Assembly: GCA_904063045.1 (NCBI GenBank)
Contig: CAJFCJ010000007.1
Span: 2,053,404-2,117,403, forward strand
From: Dimorphilus gyrociliatus
Lineage: Eukaryota > Animalia > Annelida
Reading direction: 5' to 3'
DNA length: 64,000 bases
A model generated the notes under the pieces. That model saw nothing but the letters and a program-made list of their open reading frames with translations. It searched no databases and was not told the DNA's origin. The position numbers were made by a program, and so were the translations under genes. Numbering within the stretch: position 1 is the first letter of the stretch; the number at the start of each line of letters is the position of its first letter. Positions 37,701 to 50,096 of this stretch are shown here, in pieces.

Positions 37701-39819
37701 GTTAAACTATAGTTTTTTCTTATATAAATAAATAAATCATACTAGCCTCCATATTGAATAGCTAAAGTATCACCCAAATCTTCCATCATATCTTCTAGTA
37801 TATCGGCAGCGTGACTGTTTGCATCGGGAGTCTTCTGTTCAATTATCCCTAGAGAGCATAATTGTCTTTCTAATGCGCATTTAAACACAGCAAACTGAGC
37901 AGTATTAGTTCGGTCAAGGCAATCCACGCAATTTGTTCGAATGACACCAGTTTGTAAGCTATTATTCTTCTTATTGTGAAATATACCAGTTTTATCTAAT
38001 ATTTTTTCCGATAAATGATGTAGCAAGTGTAACACATCTTTCCTGAAGTTAGAGGATAAAAAAAAAGATTTATGTGAAGAGACTTATTTAGGCCTAAAGT
38101 AAAAAAATTGCTTCCTTAGTTTTTCCACTTGAACTTACTTTTTACTAACTCTGGCCATATCGCAAGCTGTGTATATAATTTGTTGTTCTTTTGTTAAAAA
38201 CTGATTTAAATAGCTGATAGCATCTTTAAGAATGTCTGTTAGCTGATTTTCATGCCGTTTTTTTTCTTTTTTCTGAAAGTAGATCAATTAAAAACTATTT
38301 TATCTCCATTTTTTTTTATTTCGACTGACTTTTACAAGATTAAAAACGATAACAGGTGATCCATAACGTTTGAGTAGAGAACGAAAATGTGCACCAGCAA
38401 CATAAGCAAATGCGTCTGATTGGTCAACTGTAAAATTATTTTTCCATAGAAAGGTCAAAAATTACAGAAAAGAAATTATATTATATTTTTGCCTACTGGT
38501 TATTTGCGGTTTAGGCACCATTTTTGATATATCTTGGGACCAAAATCCAGGTACCGACCCCCTTAATTGAACGTATGACGTATAATGATTTTCGTGGAAA
38601 TGTGTAAGGGATGCATCGTTAACAATCTGTTCTATTTCAACTTCATTCGCGACTTGACCCTTGCAATTCGAACCTCTTTTCAGAAATCTTGTTCCAGCAT
38701 AATATTGAGATCTTCTGGCGATTAATGTTAAGTAGACTGGCTTACCAACAACATTCAAACAGACTTGCTGAATAAACCCATGTATTAACGTAATTGTCCA
38801 TTCTTTCGACAACACATCTCGTGTTGGTTGTAATAAATAATCATTCCATACAAACTTCTTTTCCGATTGTTGAATAATGCCTATAATTTTTTTGTCGCTA
38901 TCTATCTCTAAAATAAATCGTACTAGTTATTAAAAAATCGACGAATCAAAAAAGATTGATACCTAGCTCTTCAATTTCTGACGCGTCAGGTTTCGATAAG
39001 GCAAGGTTATATTGCAGAGTTTGTGTTAGTTCGTAACCATAGCTGTTAAGTTTATTCATATTTGAATGAGGTCATGCCTTTTTAAATATATTTCCAAGGT
39101 AAAAATTTACCTAAAGTAAAAATTCGATGTCAAATCAACGTTCTGGAAAAGTTTAACGTATCTGTTAGAAATGAAGTCATTTATCTATAAAACTTCTTCT
39201 TTACGTAATCAATTACAAAATAACCTTTGCTCATCTGGATGACTAGCAGGTTTCACTTCATCGTTTGGAATGTATAATAAATGAGATTCTAATACTTTAT
39301 ATACAAAATGTGGACCAATTTGAGCCACTCGTTTTCTAGTTGTTACAAGTATCATGTAATATCCTTCGAAAAATCTTACAAATCCCGCTATCCCTAAAGC
39401 ACATTTTATGGGTATCTCTTCACTTTTAGTCCCCTTTGAACTAGATTTTGCTGCTTCTTTTATTCTTCTGAGAAGTTCCCTCATTTCAGAAGATGTATAT
39501 TCAACCTAATGAGTTAAGGAGTAAATGTCTCAATTTCAATTCTAAAGTGTATATTTTACTTTAAAATATTATGTATACAGACTTCATCGTGATAAATCTT
39601 TAATTCATAAGGTTCTAATCTATCAATCTTGAAAACACGGAATCGAGTTTCGCTTTCATTGGATCCAATTACATAATATCTCTGAATTAGAATATATTTA
39701 TATTTTCATGTTTAAATAAAATATAAAACATAATAGTGATATAAAATTTTTCCTACGTGCTTTGAAGTGTAAATAACTATCTTTTGAATTAAGCCCAGTA
39801 ATTGATGCTGCTTCCTCAT
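34714..39819 (-). CDS. FIG4: Polyphosphoinositide phosphatase FIG4/SAC3
   Basis: IQKIVIY...[39 protein letters not shown], catalytic [13 protein letters not shown] and [16 protein letters not shown]. One GC-AG intron (35954-37746) is needed to keep the frame. Confidence 0.95.
36418..37660 (+). CDS. FAXC: Failed axon connections homolog (FAXC/metaxin-like GST fold), nested antisense in a FIG4 intron
   Basis: N-terminal hydrophobic anchor, [47 protein letters not shown] and [13 protein letters not shown]. Three exons; exact start ATG uncertain (36364, 36418 or 36430). Confidence 0.88.
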
Positions 39820-39854
39820 AGCTCCTAAGTATGGTAAAATATTCCGAAAATTGT

Positions 39855-39863
39855 TCACGTGAC
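39855..39863. promoter_or_regulatory. CLEAR-like E-box TCACGTGAC upstream of FIG4
   Basis: Extended CACGTG about 36 bp upstream of the FIG4 ATG, at the edge of a GC-richer promoter patch. Confidence 0.4.
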
Positions 39864-40801
39864 ACCGGTCCTACCCGTTTATCTGTGATGGCCGCCGCGC
39901 TGCAGAGAAGATCGTTTACGATTTTTATTTAAGAAAAAAAATGGTAAAGAACTCGAAATAATAACGTCAAAAAAATTCGGCAATATCAAGAAAACAGGAT
40001 TCTTCGAAACTCCAACAAGTATTCTCTTTCAGTGTGAAATCGGTCATTCGCTTTAAACCATTTTGCACTAGTCATTGCTGCTGACTCCATATATAAGGTA
40101 TAGTTTATGCAACAATCAAGTGCACATAGGCTGATGACTCTATTTTCAACAGTCTCGCCATTTTAATCATTTACATACCCTCTCGCAAATCTGGAATCTG
40201 ATCTAGAAACAATCATCCTGGAACCCGGGAACAATCGGGTAAAATACGGTGAGTAATAAATAATTAAAGAAACAACGTTTAGAACTGTCGCTATATAAAA
40301 AAATTTTAATTACACTCATATAATTTCTTATTTTATTTATATTTCAAACAATTAAACTGTAATCAACAATACTAGAAGTAGTTACAATAAAGCAATATAC
40401 AAATGGAAATACTATACGTCAAATGGTGATGGGTGTGTATATGTCTGAAAATGTGTATGTGTGTGTGTGCCAATGATCGACTTTGAACTGTCCTCGATTC
40501 AAATTTCTTTTAAGTGTCATTCGAATCATTGAAAAAATTTATCCCCATCAAAATATTCAAAGGTGTTTTGATAGGCCGTTATCGGTATTGAGCACTCACC
40601 GACGGTGTCGCCACCGTTCGGACAACTATATATTTCTTTGTGCAAAAGGCAGGTGCGTAGCAAGGTGTAGCAGCAGACTATGAGTTCGAAGCACTTATTG
40701 ATTTAAAAAGCTTCGTCATAGCGACAAACTAAGCGTCGTTTTTCTACGTAGACGGCATCCAATCTATTCGATCGCTATTAACAGGGATACCAAGTTGGAA
40801 A

Positions 40802-43800
40802 ATGAATCACTCAAAATCCGATTCTTGTTTATTAGAAAATAATGGATCAGCAGAAAACGGAGGTGTTCTTAGATTGAATCGAAATGATGTACCTCGGAAC
40901 GAGTGTCCAAGAAATCGTGCATCTTGGTTCTCATTACTTAGTTTATGGTAAGTTCTTAATTTACAGACACTAAATTTTCTTCATTAATGTTTTGTTCAAT
41001 AACATGCCAAATAGGTGGTTGAATGATTTATTTAAAAAGAGAAAAAAGAAGGCTCTACAAATAAAAGATATATACGAGGTTTTACCTTATCATTCTAGTC
41101 GATATTTACATCAGAAGGTGAAAGGGTGAGTACATGTAAGCTTGACTTACGAAATTTTATCAATCAATATTATACAATGAATGAAAAAGAGCAAGATTAG
41201 CATGTCCTAGTAAGAGCCGATCCGCAAGAAAAAGGGAATTTCCCATTCAAAGACTCTCCCATATTTGATATAAAACATATTAGTCAGACAAGTTCCGGTG
41301 CGCAATGTGTCATAGGCGTATTCTTTTTTTAGGATTATGGTCAACACCTGTTAGATATTGCCGATTTATTTTAATGAATAAATATTCATAGAGATTATCA
41401 ACTAAATAAAAATTGTTTAGTGCTAAACCATTTAAAATATGTAGATTTCAGGCTGCTTGATAAGCAATTGAGTTATAGGCTAAATAGCTATCTATTATCT
41501 TTCTAATTATTTTGTACGGTTGCAGTCGTGTTAACGAATATGCTGTTAAGCATGGCCGATTTGCATTTCTTCTTCGGTGTTTACTCTTATTCCGGAGTAA
41601 TGTTCTCTTCCTTACATGCATGCTGTTTTCATACGTAAGTATATGGCCAGTCTCATTCTTTAATCTCAAATTGCGCATTGACCTACAGGAGGTCACTAGA
41701 ATCATCATACCTATCTTGTTGGGCAAGTTGCTCTCTTACTTCGAAGATAAAGACAACCTTGAACAATTTAAAGCTATGGGAGTAACGGTTGGATTTGCCG
41801 CCGCAAACTTGATATTCGTTACGTGTTCAACGTTTATGTGGCAGGAGGCTAACGTTATCGGAATGCGTTTTCGCGTCGCCTTCACAGGCCTAATCTACGA
41901 AAAGATATTGAAATTAGGAATTGAAAAACAGAGGGATATTACATCAGGAAAAATAATAACTCTACTTTCGTCTGATCTTGAAAAATTTAATGGTTATGGT
42001 ATTGGTTATATCCCATATTGCATTTTAGGTCCTTTATCTTGTACTGTTGTTACAATAATTATTGCCCAAGATATTGGAGTTTTCGCTGCCCTCTCTGTTC
42101 CTGCTGCTGGTATGCTACTTCTAATTCTGCCAGCTATAGCTTCAACATTTGAAGGAAAATTGTGGAAAAAGACTGTACCCCTCACTGATGCTCGAGTACA
42201 ATTAATGAATGAAATTGTTACCGGAATGAAATTGATCAAAATGTATGTTTGGGAGAAGCCATTTATGAAACTCATTAAACAGAAACGTGGGGCTGAAATG
42301 TTGATGAAAATGAAGGGATATCTGTTGAGAAGTTTTTCAAGAAGCTTTAGTCTCGTTGTGGTTAAGTGCATGATTTTATCGGCTTTTTCAGTTGCTGTAT
42401 TAACGAGCTACTACGGGAATTTAACTGTGGCCATTCTTTTTAAAACCATTGGTTTAATCAATGTGATGCTTTGGGCTTTCGTTTCTAACACGACAATATC
42501 TGTATTTTACATTAACCAATTGATCCAGTGTATTGGTCGCCTTCAGGCTTTTCTTAGAGAGGATGATGGTACTCTTATTCAAGAACTTTCTAATAGTGAA
42601 GCTGATAATAGCAATAAAAGAATCGAAGTTGCGGGATTAAACGCATTCTGGATAAAGAGTGGAAAGTCGAACCACTCAAGCGAAAGTAACGGAGACAAGG
42701 AGACAGCTCCGTTAACTGCCTCCGCTGTCCCGCCAGGCGATAAGCGTCATGTTGCTTTGGAAAATATTTCATTAGATTTACTTGATGGGCAATTAGCCGG
42801 TGTTTGTGGTCGAATCGGATCTGGAAAATCTACATTATTACATGTTCTCCTGAGAGAAACTTCATTTACAGCAAGAATCTTTAGAACTCGAGGAACTATC
42901 AGTTACGCTCCACAGGAAGCCTGGATATTTAACGATTCTGTTCGAGAAAACATTCTTTTTGGTGCAAAATATGACGATAGGAAATTTTGGAAAATTGTAC
43001 GAGTGTGTGCTTTAGAACAAGATCTTGAGGAAATGGCTAATGGAGAATGGACTCTTGTTGGTGAACGAGGTCTTATGATGAGTGGTGGGCAAAAAGCACG
43101 TATTAATTTAGCACGAGCACTGTATAGAGAGGCCGACATATATTTGTTAGATGACCCTCTTAGTGCTGTGGACACAAAAGTCGGAAGACATATTTATAAC
43201 GAATGTATTAAAAAATACCTTGACGATAAAACTGTAGTATTGGTAACTCATCAAAGACATTACTTGGAAAATGTTGATACTATGCTTGTTCTTGATAATG
43301 GTCGAATTACATTTCATGGAAAATATGATAAACAAGTAGAAAGTTATATCGAAAAACCTGAACGAAAAGAAACAATCCGTCCAGATGATAACGATGTGGT
43401 CCTTCAAACTGAGGAAGAAAAAGAAGGTGGTAGTGTTAGCTGGAGAATTTATTATCAATATATTACGCACGGATCGAGGATACAATTCGTTTTGGTCTAC
43501 TTATGCTTTGGTATTGCTTTATGGCTTCACATTTATACCGATTGGATTCTTGGAAGTTATACGAAAACGTTAAAGGACAGATCTGAATCGAATTTCGACT
43601 ATTCAGATCACCAGGTCATAAAGAAAGTTGGACTCTTCATCTTATTGATATTCTTCTTGGATTTCGTTCGAAATTTGCTAGGCAACTTATTTATTGTAAG
43701 GGCTTCTCAAAATCTACATAATAAGATGTTTGAAAAAGTAATGCAAGCTCCCATGAGATTCTTTGATGTTAATCCAGCTGGTCGAGTCCTAAATCGTTTC

Positions 43801-45319
43801 TCAAGAGATTTGGCATTTGTTGATGATGACATGGCTAATCAGCTACCAGCATTTGTTATGTGTGTCGGTGGATCTTTGGCTGCTGTTGTTATACCAATTT
43901 TCACTGTCGTCTGGTCAATCATAGCTATAGTGCCACTTGTGGCTCTACTTATATACTTTCTCCTCAGAGCAAATCCAGTAATAAGGGATATGAAGAGGTT
44001 AGAAGCGACTGCAAGGAGTCCAATTTACACCCATATATCTGATACAATATCGGGCTTGTTATCCATTCGAGCGTTTAAAGAGCAAGACACTTTTATGGGG
44101 AAATTACATGATTTCTCAGATAATCATACCAGGGCTTGGTATTTATATATTAACAGTCAATTATGGTTGGGATTAAGACTAAACTGGCTTATGGCAATAT
44201 TTATTAGCGTTGTTGCAATTATTAGCGTTCCAATGTCTAAGTATATCGATATATCTCTAATTGGTGTAACTCTCATGCACTCATGCGCCAATTTGGATAA
44301 TTTTGAATATACATTTAGGAGCGCTAATGCTATAGAAGTTATTGTAAGTTGATCTTGATCAATATATTATATTTATCGATGACGTATAAAAATATTTTAT
44401 TCACCCAGATGACCTCAGTTGAACGTATTTTACATTATACAAAACTGGAAACGGAAGGCAAAAAGACTTTAATGGGTAAATTAGATAAAGAAATAGAGAA
44501 CGAGTGGCCAAAAGATGGATCTCTTGAATTTAAAGACGTTTCTCTAAAATATATCAATAACGAGGATTGTCCGAACGCGTTAAGTGACCTTAATTTTGTA
44601 ATCCCACATTCTCAAAAGGTATTTATTCTTTAAATTTCTTGGAAAAAATTCTATTTAAATCATTTTTTTAAAAGGTTGGTGTTGTCGGAAGGACAGGAGC
44701 AGGGAAAAGCTCGCTATTATCTGCTCTTTTCCGTTTGGCAGAACCTAATGGATCAATTCTTATTGATGGAGTTGATATCACAACGCTTCCTTTGCCACTT
44801 GCTCGTTTTCAGCTATCTGTCATACCTCAAGATCCATTTATATTCGCTGGAACAGTCCGAAGAAATGTCGATCCTTTAAATATGCACGATGATGACGAGC
44901 TGTGGGATGTTCTTAGTAAAGTTCAATTAAGACCTAAAGTAGAAGGAATGGAAGGATTTCTTGAGGCTCGTATTACGGAAAGTGGTGGAAATTTAAGTGT
45001 CGGAGAGCGACAGTTAATTTGTTTGGCTCGTGCTCTATTGAAAAAGTCTAAAATTCTTGTACTGGATGAGGCCACAGCAAACGTGGACGATGAAACTGAT
45101 GCTATCATTCAAAAAGTTATTCGCAAGCATTTTGCTCACTCTACTCTTATAACAATTGCTCATCGATTAAACACAATAATGGACTATGATAAGATCTTTG
45201 TTCTCGACTCTGGAAAGATCGTCGAAATGGGTGCACCTAGTGATCTTTTACGAACGGATGGCGTTTTTAAGCAATTAGCCTCCAAAATGCATAGTTCAAA
45301 ATTGCAAACGGTACTCTGA
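40802..45319 (+). CDS. ABCC4: ABCC4/MRP4-like short ABCC transporter (no TMD0)
   Basis: Two TMD-NBD units: GRIGSGKS/MSGGQKARINLARA/YLLDDPLSAVD and GRTGAGKS/LSVGERQLICLARA/LDEATANVD. C-terminal PDZ ligand TVL*. The long track ORF reads through a real 54-nt intron (41635-41688, GTAAGT...CTACAG). Confidence 0.88.
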
Positions 45320-45567
45320 CTCGGAAATCATTCCAATGTATAATCTTCGAAGAATGTTGACTTTTAGATAGAGTAAAGCCAAAGTATATTTTTATTCTTC
45401 GCAATTTTTTATATATTATATATTGCTGTAAATTTTGACATTCCGGTCTTTAATGTTTTTTGCTGTAGATATGAATTAAAATGTAATTTAAATTAAGGCA
45501 TTTGTTTTTTCTTTACTTGTTTATATGTACCTATACTGCTTTAAGGACTTCTATAATAAAAAATATG

Positions 45568-45592
45568 TATATATATATATATATATATATAT
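45568..45592. repeat. (TA)n microsatellite
   Basis: About 12 TA units. Similar shorter tracts occur near 14346, 22240, 22757, 50848 and 54455. Confidence 0.9.
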
Positions 45593-45986
45593 TTTGTACG
45601 TATGTTATATATTTATACACTGTATATTAATTAATCTTTTTACTTATTTTCAGATTGTTCGAATTTTCAATATAATAGCAATTACATCTCTGTATAAGCT
45701 ATGCTGGTTCACATATTAATTTTTAATAATTTTTAAGTGGTAAAATGGAACCATAAATAAATTAATTTTACGAATCTCATATTTGATTATTTAAATTTTT
45801 AAGCACTCAGACAAGAAATATTCATGTCATAAGATTTCCATTGTGGAAAAGGTTATAAACGTTAAGCAAGAGTTTCATCAAATGTCGTCAGTTATCAAAA
45901 TTGTTTCGAAATTGCAGTGTCTTTGAAATCTCGTGTTAATAGCAGACGACGATTCAGGAATCAGCCAATAGATATTAAGTTTTGGG

Positions 45987-45996
45987 GTCACGTGAC
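45987..45996. promoter_or_regulatory. Perfect GTCACGTGAC (CLEAR/USF/MiT-type E-box) upstream of STOML2
   Basis: 10-bp palindrome about 88 bp upstream of the ATG, with CCAAT at 45965. Confidence 0.5.
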
Positions 45997-46083
45997 GTTC
46001 CAAGCCGATTGATCGAGAAAAGAGCAAATCATTGACATAACCAAGGCTAAGATTGAAGTTTCTGATACCAACTTCTCTTCAAT

Positions 46084-47097
46084 ATGTTTTCAAGAACTCT
46101 TGCTAGACGATTAATTAATGTAGGACGAGTTCAAACTATTCGTCAGAGATCATCGGTGCCTTTCAATACGTGTATCCTATTTGTCCCTCAACAAGAAGCA
46201 TGGATTGTAGAAAGATTTGGAAAGTTCCATCGTCTTCTAGAACCGGGGTTAAACTTTTGTATACCTGTCGTTGATACTATAAAATATGTACAGAGCTTGA
46301 AAGAAATTGCTATAGATATCCCTCAGCAGAGCGCTATAACTGCAGATAACGTTACTCTGCATATAGATGGAGTTCTGTACTTACGAATAATGGATCCCTA
46401 TAAGGCTAGCTATGGTGTTGAAGATGCACAATATGCTATCACTCAGTTAGCTCAGACAACTATGAGATCGGAAATTGGAAAAATATCTTTGGACCATCTG
46501 TTTAGAGAAAGAGAGTCTTTAAATTATGCAATTGTGGAACAAATTAATGTAGCATCATCTTCTTGGGGAGTTGACTGTAAACGTTACGAAATTTTAGATA
46601 TAACCATGCCAGCTAGAGTCCAAGAGGCAATGCAAATGCAAGTTGAGGCTGAAAGAAAGAAAAGAGCAGCCATATTGGAATCTGAAGGTATTAAAGAAGC
46701 TGAAATCAATGTTGCCGAAGGTAAAAAACAATCCAGAATATTAGCCTCTGAAGCGAACAAAGTTGAAGAAATTAACGCAGCTTTGGGAGAGGCTGAAGCT
46801 ATGAAACAGAGAGCAGACGCACGAGCGAAGTCGATTGAATTGATAGCAGCCTCCATGAAAAAGGATGAAGCCAGCAATGCTGTTAGCTTTTCCGTTGCAG
46901 AACAATATATATCCGCCTTTAATAATTTGGCTAAGGAAAGTAACACTATTTTACTGCCATCGCAAACTGGAGACATTTCTAGTATGGTTGCTCAAGCTAT
47001 GACTATTTATAAACAAGTTGGCCCTAAACAACTAGATGCGCATAAGTATGAACTTGAAGAAATACCCGACAATGTTACTAAAAATAAGGAAACTTAA
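46084..47097 (+). CDS. STOML2: Stomatin-like protein 2, mitochondrial (single coding exon)
   Basis: Arg-rich acid-free presequence, FVPQQEAWIVERFGKF, AITADNVTLHIDGVLY and MQMQVEAERKKRAAILESEG. Confidence 0.95.
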   Translation: MFSRTLARRLINVGRVQTIRQRSSVPFNTCILFVPQQEAWIVERFGKFHRLLEPGLNFCIPVVDTIKYVQSLKEIAIDIPQQSAITADNVTLHIDGVLYLRIMDPYKASYGVEDAQYAITQLAQTTMRSEIGKISLDHLFRERESLNYAIVEQINVASSSWGVDCKRYEILDITMPARVQEAMQMQVEAERKKRAAILESEGIKEAEINVAEGKKQSRILASEANKVEEINAALGEAEAMKQRADARAKSIELIAASMKKDEASNAVSFSVAEQYISAFNNLAKESNTILLPSQTGDISSMVAQAMTIYKQVGPKQLDAHKYELEEIPDNVTKNKET

Positions 47098-47151
47098 ATT
47101 GCGTTTATTAAGAAAAGCTTTGTGCGAACTTTTGAGGACGTGAAAATTCAT

Positions 47152-50096
47152 TTATAATTTACTTTGAAATTTTCGTTTGATGTTATTGTAGGTCTTTGGA
47201 TTTTTTCTTAAATAGAAAACACCCAATACGACAACAATTAAAATTACTGCGAGAGTACCAAAAACGATTCCAACAATCATACCAACGTTGCTATGAGTCG
47301 TTACAACATACGCTCCCCCATTTGAAACTGATAGTTGCACCATATCATCATTAACTTCTGCATCTATTTTACTCCACGTTGCGAAATCGGATTTGACCCA
47401 TGCATGATACACGGTAACTGAATGAGCCCTAGGTCGCTCGAATCTAATTTTCATTTGAAATTTTTTTGATTCTGCTGCCAAAACATTGTCAGGTTCTATC
47501 AATATTAGATGGCTAGATATCTTTCCGTTGGGGATATTACCATTTCTTTCGTGCAATTTCTGTTCCACTTCATCTTTATTTATTTCTGATAGTTTAATCC
47601 TATGAAGTTGATCAAACGTCCCACGTTCAATTTGAATGTCGCAAGTACCATGTGGACTTGAAATATTTCCGCCATTCCAACCAATAGCATGAAATTCAAA
47701 AGTTATGCCAGACACAGAGATAATCCGACCTTTTTGGCTTCTATTCGAGAAGTTGTTGTTTCTTGTCGACATATAATGATAGACACCAGATGATGTTACT
47801 TTTCTTGGCCCTAAATCGAAATAAGGTTTTGCTGCGTCTAATTCGGATAATTCTCCTGTTTCTTCCAAAAATGCCAACTTCAGTTTATCTTCTTCAGATA
47901 AGCCAAGGAAGGAGATGTTGCTGAAATGTTGGGGCAAACTCCTCCCCCAATGTCCAACTTTAGGTAATCTATCATACCAGTCCAATACATTAGTTTCTGT
48001 ATAAATCGCCTCTCTCTGAAGATACGACATGTAAGCAAAACGCTAAATAGTTTAGTTTTATCGTCTTATACCTGTAAAATGACGTTCGATCTATCAGTTC
48101 CAATTTTACCTTGCCCATCATTATTGTTGGGATTAGTATTCGATCCCGTCCATCTGTTGTTTTTTTATTAATAGTATTATTACAACAAGTTGATAGTCAT
48201 TTACATAACTATTTAAGAAAAATTCTTACTGAAAATGAATATAATCATCCTTAGCTATTTCCATAGTATTAGGAACGAAATCGTACTCAACAGCTGGGTA
48301 AACTTGAACAATGTTACCTCTTTTTCCACGGACGTTGAGGTTATGTATAACTTTATCTCCGAATTCATCCTTTCGCTTTCGAATTTCGAAACTATGTGAT
48401 CTAAATAATACCAGTTTTTGAAAATATTGAATATATATGTTTATATAAAAAAAATTGACCTGTCTTGGAAAGTTCTACCAAATTGAGCAGTATTGATAGC
48501 TAATTCAAGTTTAAAACTATTTTTAGAAAATAAATAAGGCGGAAATAAATCCACAGTTGGGTTATTTTTCAATTTATAGCCTCTCTCTTTTGCTTCCTCG
48601 TCAGAAGAAAATCCAAATTTTTTCGTACTAATTCCATCTGGTTCATTTTGCTTAAAATTCGTATTCCAGCCATCGTAATCTCCAGTTGAGATATTATAGC
48701 GAATTCTAAAGGCACAATGCTTATTTTCAGTTTTTGGTAATGTCCAGTTGAAACCACTAGCGTAGCCTCCTATACCATTTCCAAGATGATTGTCTCTGGT
48801 ATATTCAGTCTCTCTACAATCGGGTGCAGGTACTCCGTGTGGTCTAGATTGTATCCAACCACACTCTTTCTTTGCAGTACTTGTAGCAGTTGAACAAAAT
48901 GCCTTCAAGGAAAAAAATTTCAATTTTTTTAATGACTAATTAAAAGTTAAATCTCTTACTTCGCAAGCTTCTTTATTATGATTAATAGCGTTGCTGTTAG
49001 ATATTTTCTTCATTTCTTCAACTGGAATATGGCAATAAAATCTTCCCTTAACATTTTCACTTTCCTCTTGATAATAAGGACATCTTGATGCGTCATTGGT
49101 TAAAATAGCTACATCCTAAATAATGAAAAATTTGTATAAGTTTAATGAAAGGGTAAAAAATACTAAATCCCTACAATCCAGGGAGAAGGTGCCCAGTAAG
49201 GATAATAATCCCTTTCCTCTGGGCATTCATATCCGTATCGTTGTCCATTTTTATTTTGTCTCGTATAAGTAGAATCTTTTACTTTATTTCTTTTATTTCT
49301 TCTGTTGACCGGAATCTAAATATTTAATTAAAAAGGAATTAGTAAAGGTTAATAGTGACGTGGATGATCCCAAAACAAATGTTGTATTGGTTTGGTATTT
49401 TTAGAATAAATAAAGATAATTACTTGATCCGCAGTGTACAAATGTTCATTTCGAGCTCTGGTCAAACATTGTAAATAATGAGTGTATGATTCATGCATCC
49501 CATATTCATAATCGGTATCACAATCCGCGTTGGAACATTCCTTCTGATTTTCAGGAATTGTTTTAATGGTTGCTCCATCCCTTAAATTCTCATTACACAT
49601 ATACTGCATTATTATCTCACAATGCCCATTAACATCATGGCAAGAATGTTGATTGGTCCTAAAAGAAGAAAAATTTCAAATTAGAATACATTTTGAAATG
49701 GTATAAATATTCTTTTTCTACAAACCATTCTATAGGTAATTTTGATCCTGAATAATAATATACATTTCCGACATTGTAACCTCCCCTATTGTTGTTCTGA
49801 GAATCGAATAATCTACAACAAATTTAAACGTAAAATCATTAACTGAAAAGAAATTGAACAAGAAGAAAAGGTAAATGTTACCTTTTAGCATTTCGTCGTT
49901 CTCTATTTGGTTCATCAAGCCTATTGTTACTTCCTCTGTTAATTTGATCAAAGTTTTATTAAAAAAACATAACGATCTGTTTATTAACTATGAACTATGA
50001 TGATTGAACTTACCGAAGATTATGTAAATAAATATCACATTCTGCAAGAATCAAACAAGAAACAAAAACTAAACATTTTTGAATTTTAATAAACAT
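47152..50096 (-). CDS. Protein DD3-3-like type I membrane protein
   Basis: Signal peptide then [76 protein letters not shown] and WTGSNTNP; C-terminal TM helix. About nine exons in frame. Confidence 0.85.

Noticed and set aside
2733-39819. Apparent clustering of endolysosomal genes (EHD, LAMTOR4, NHE, TMEM9, FIG4)
   Set aside because: They are interleaved with unrelated genes on both strands, and the category is large enough for chance; this is not evidence of a functional cluster.
41192-41230. AAGATTAGCATG...CGCAAG resembling the U6 snRNA core
   Set aside because: Only about a 12-nt match with a large insertion; it lacks the ACAGAGA box, the 5' stem and the U-tail. Probably chance.
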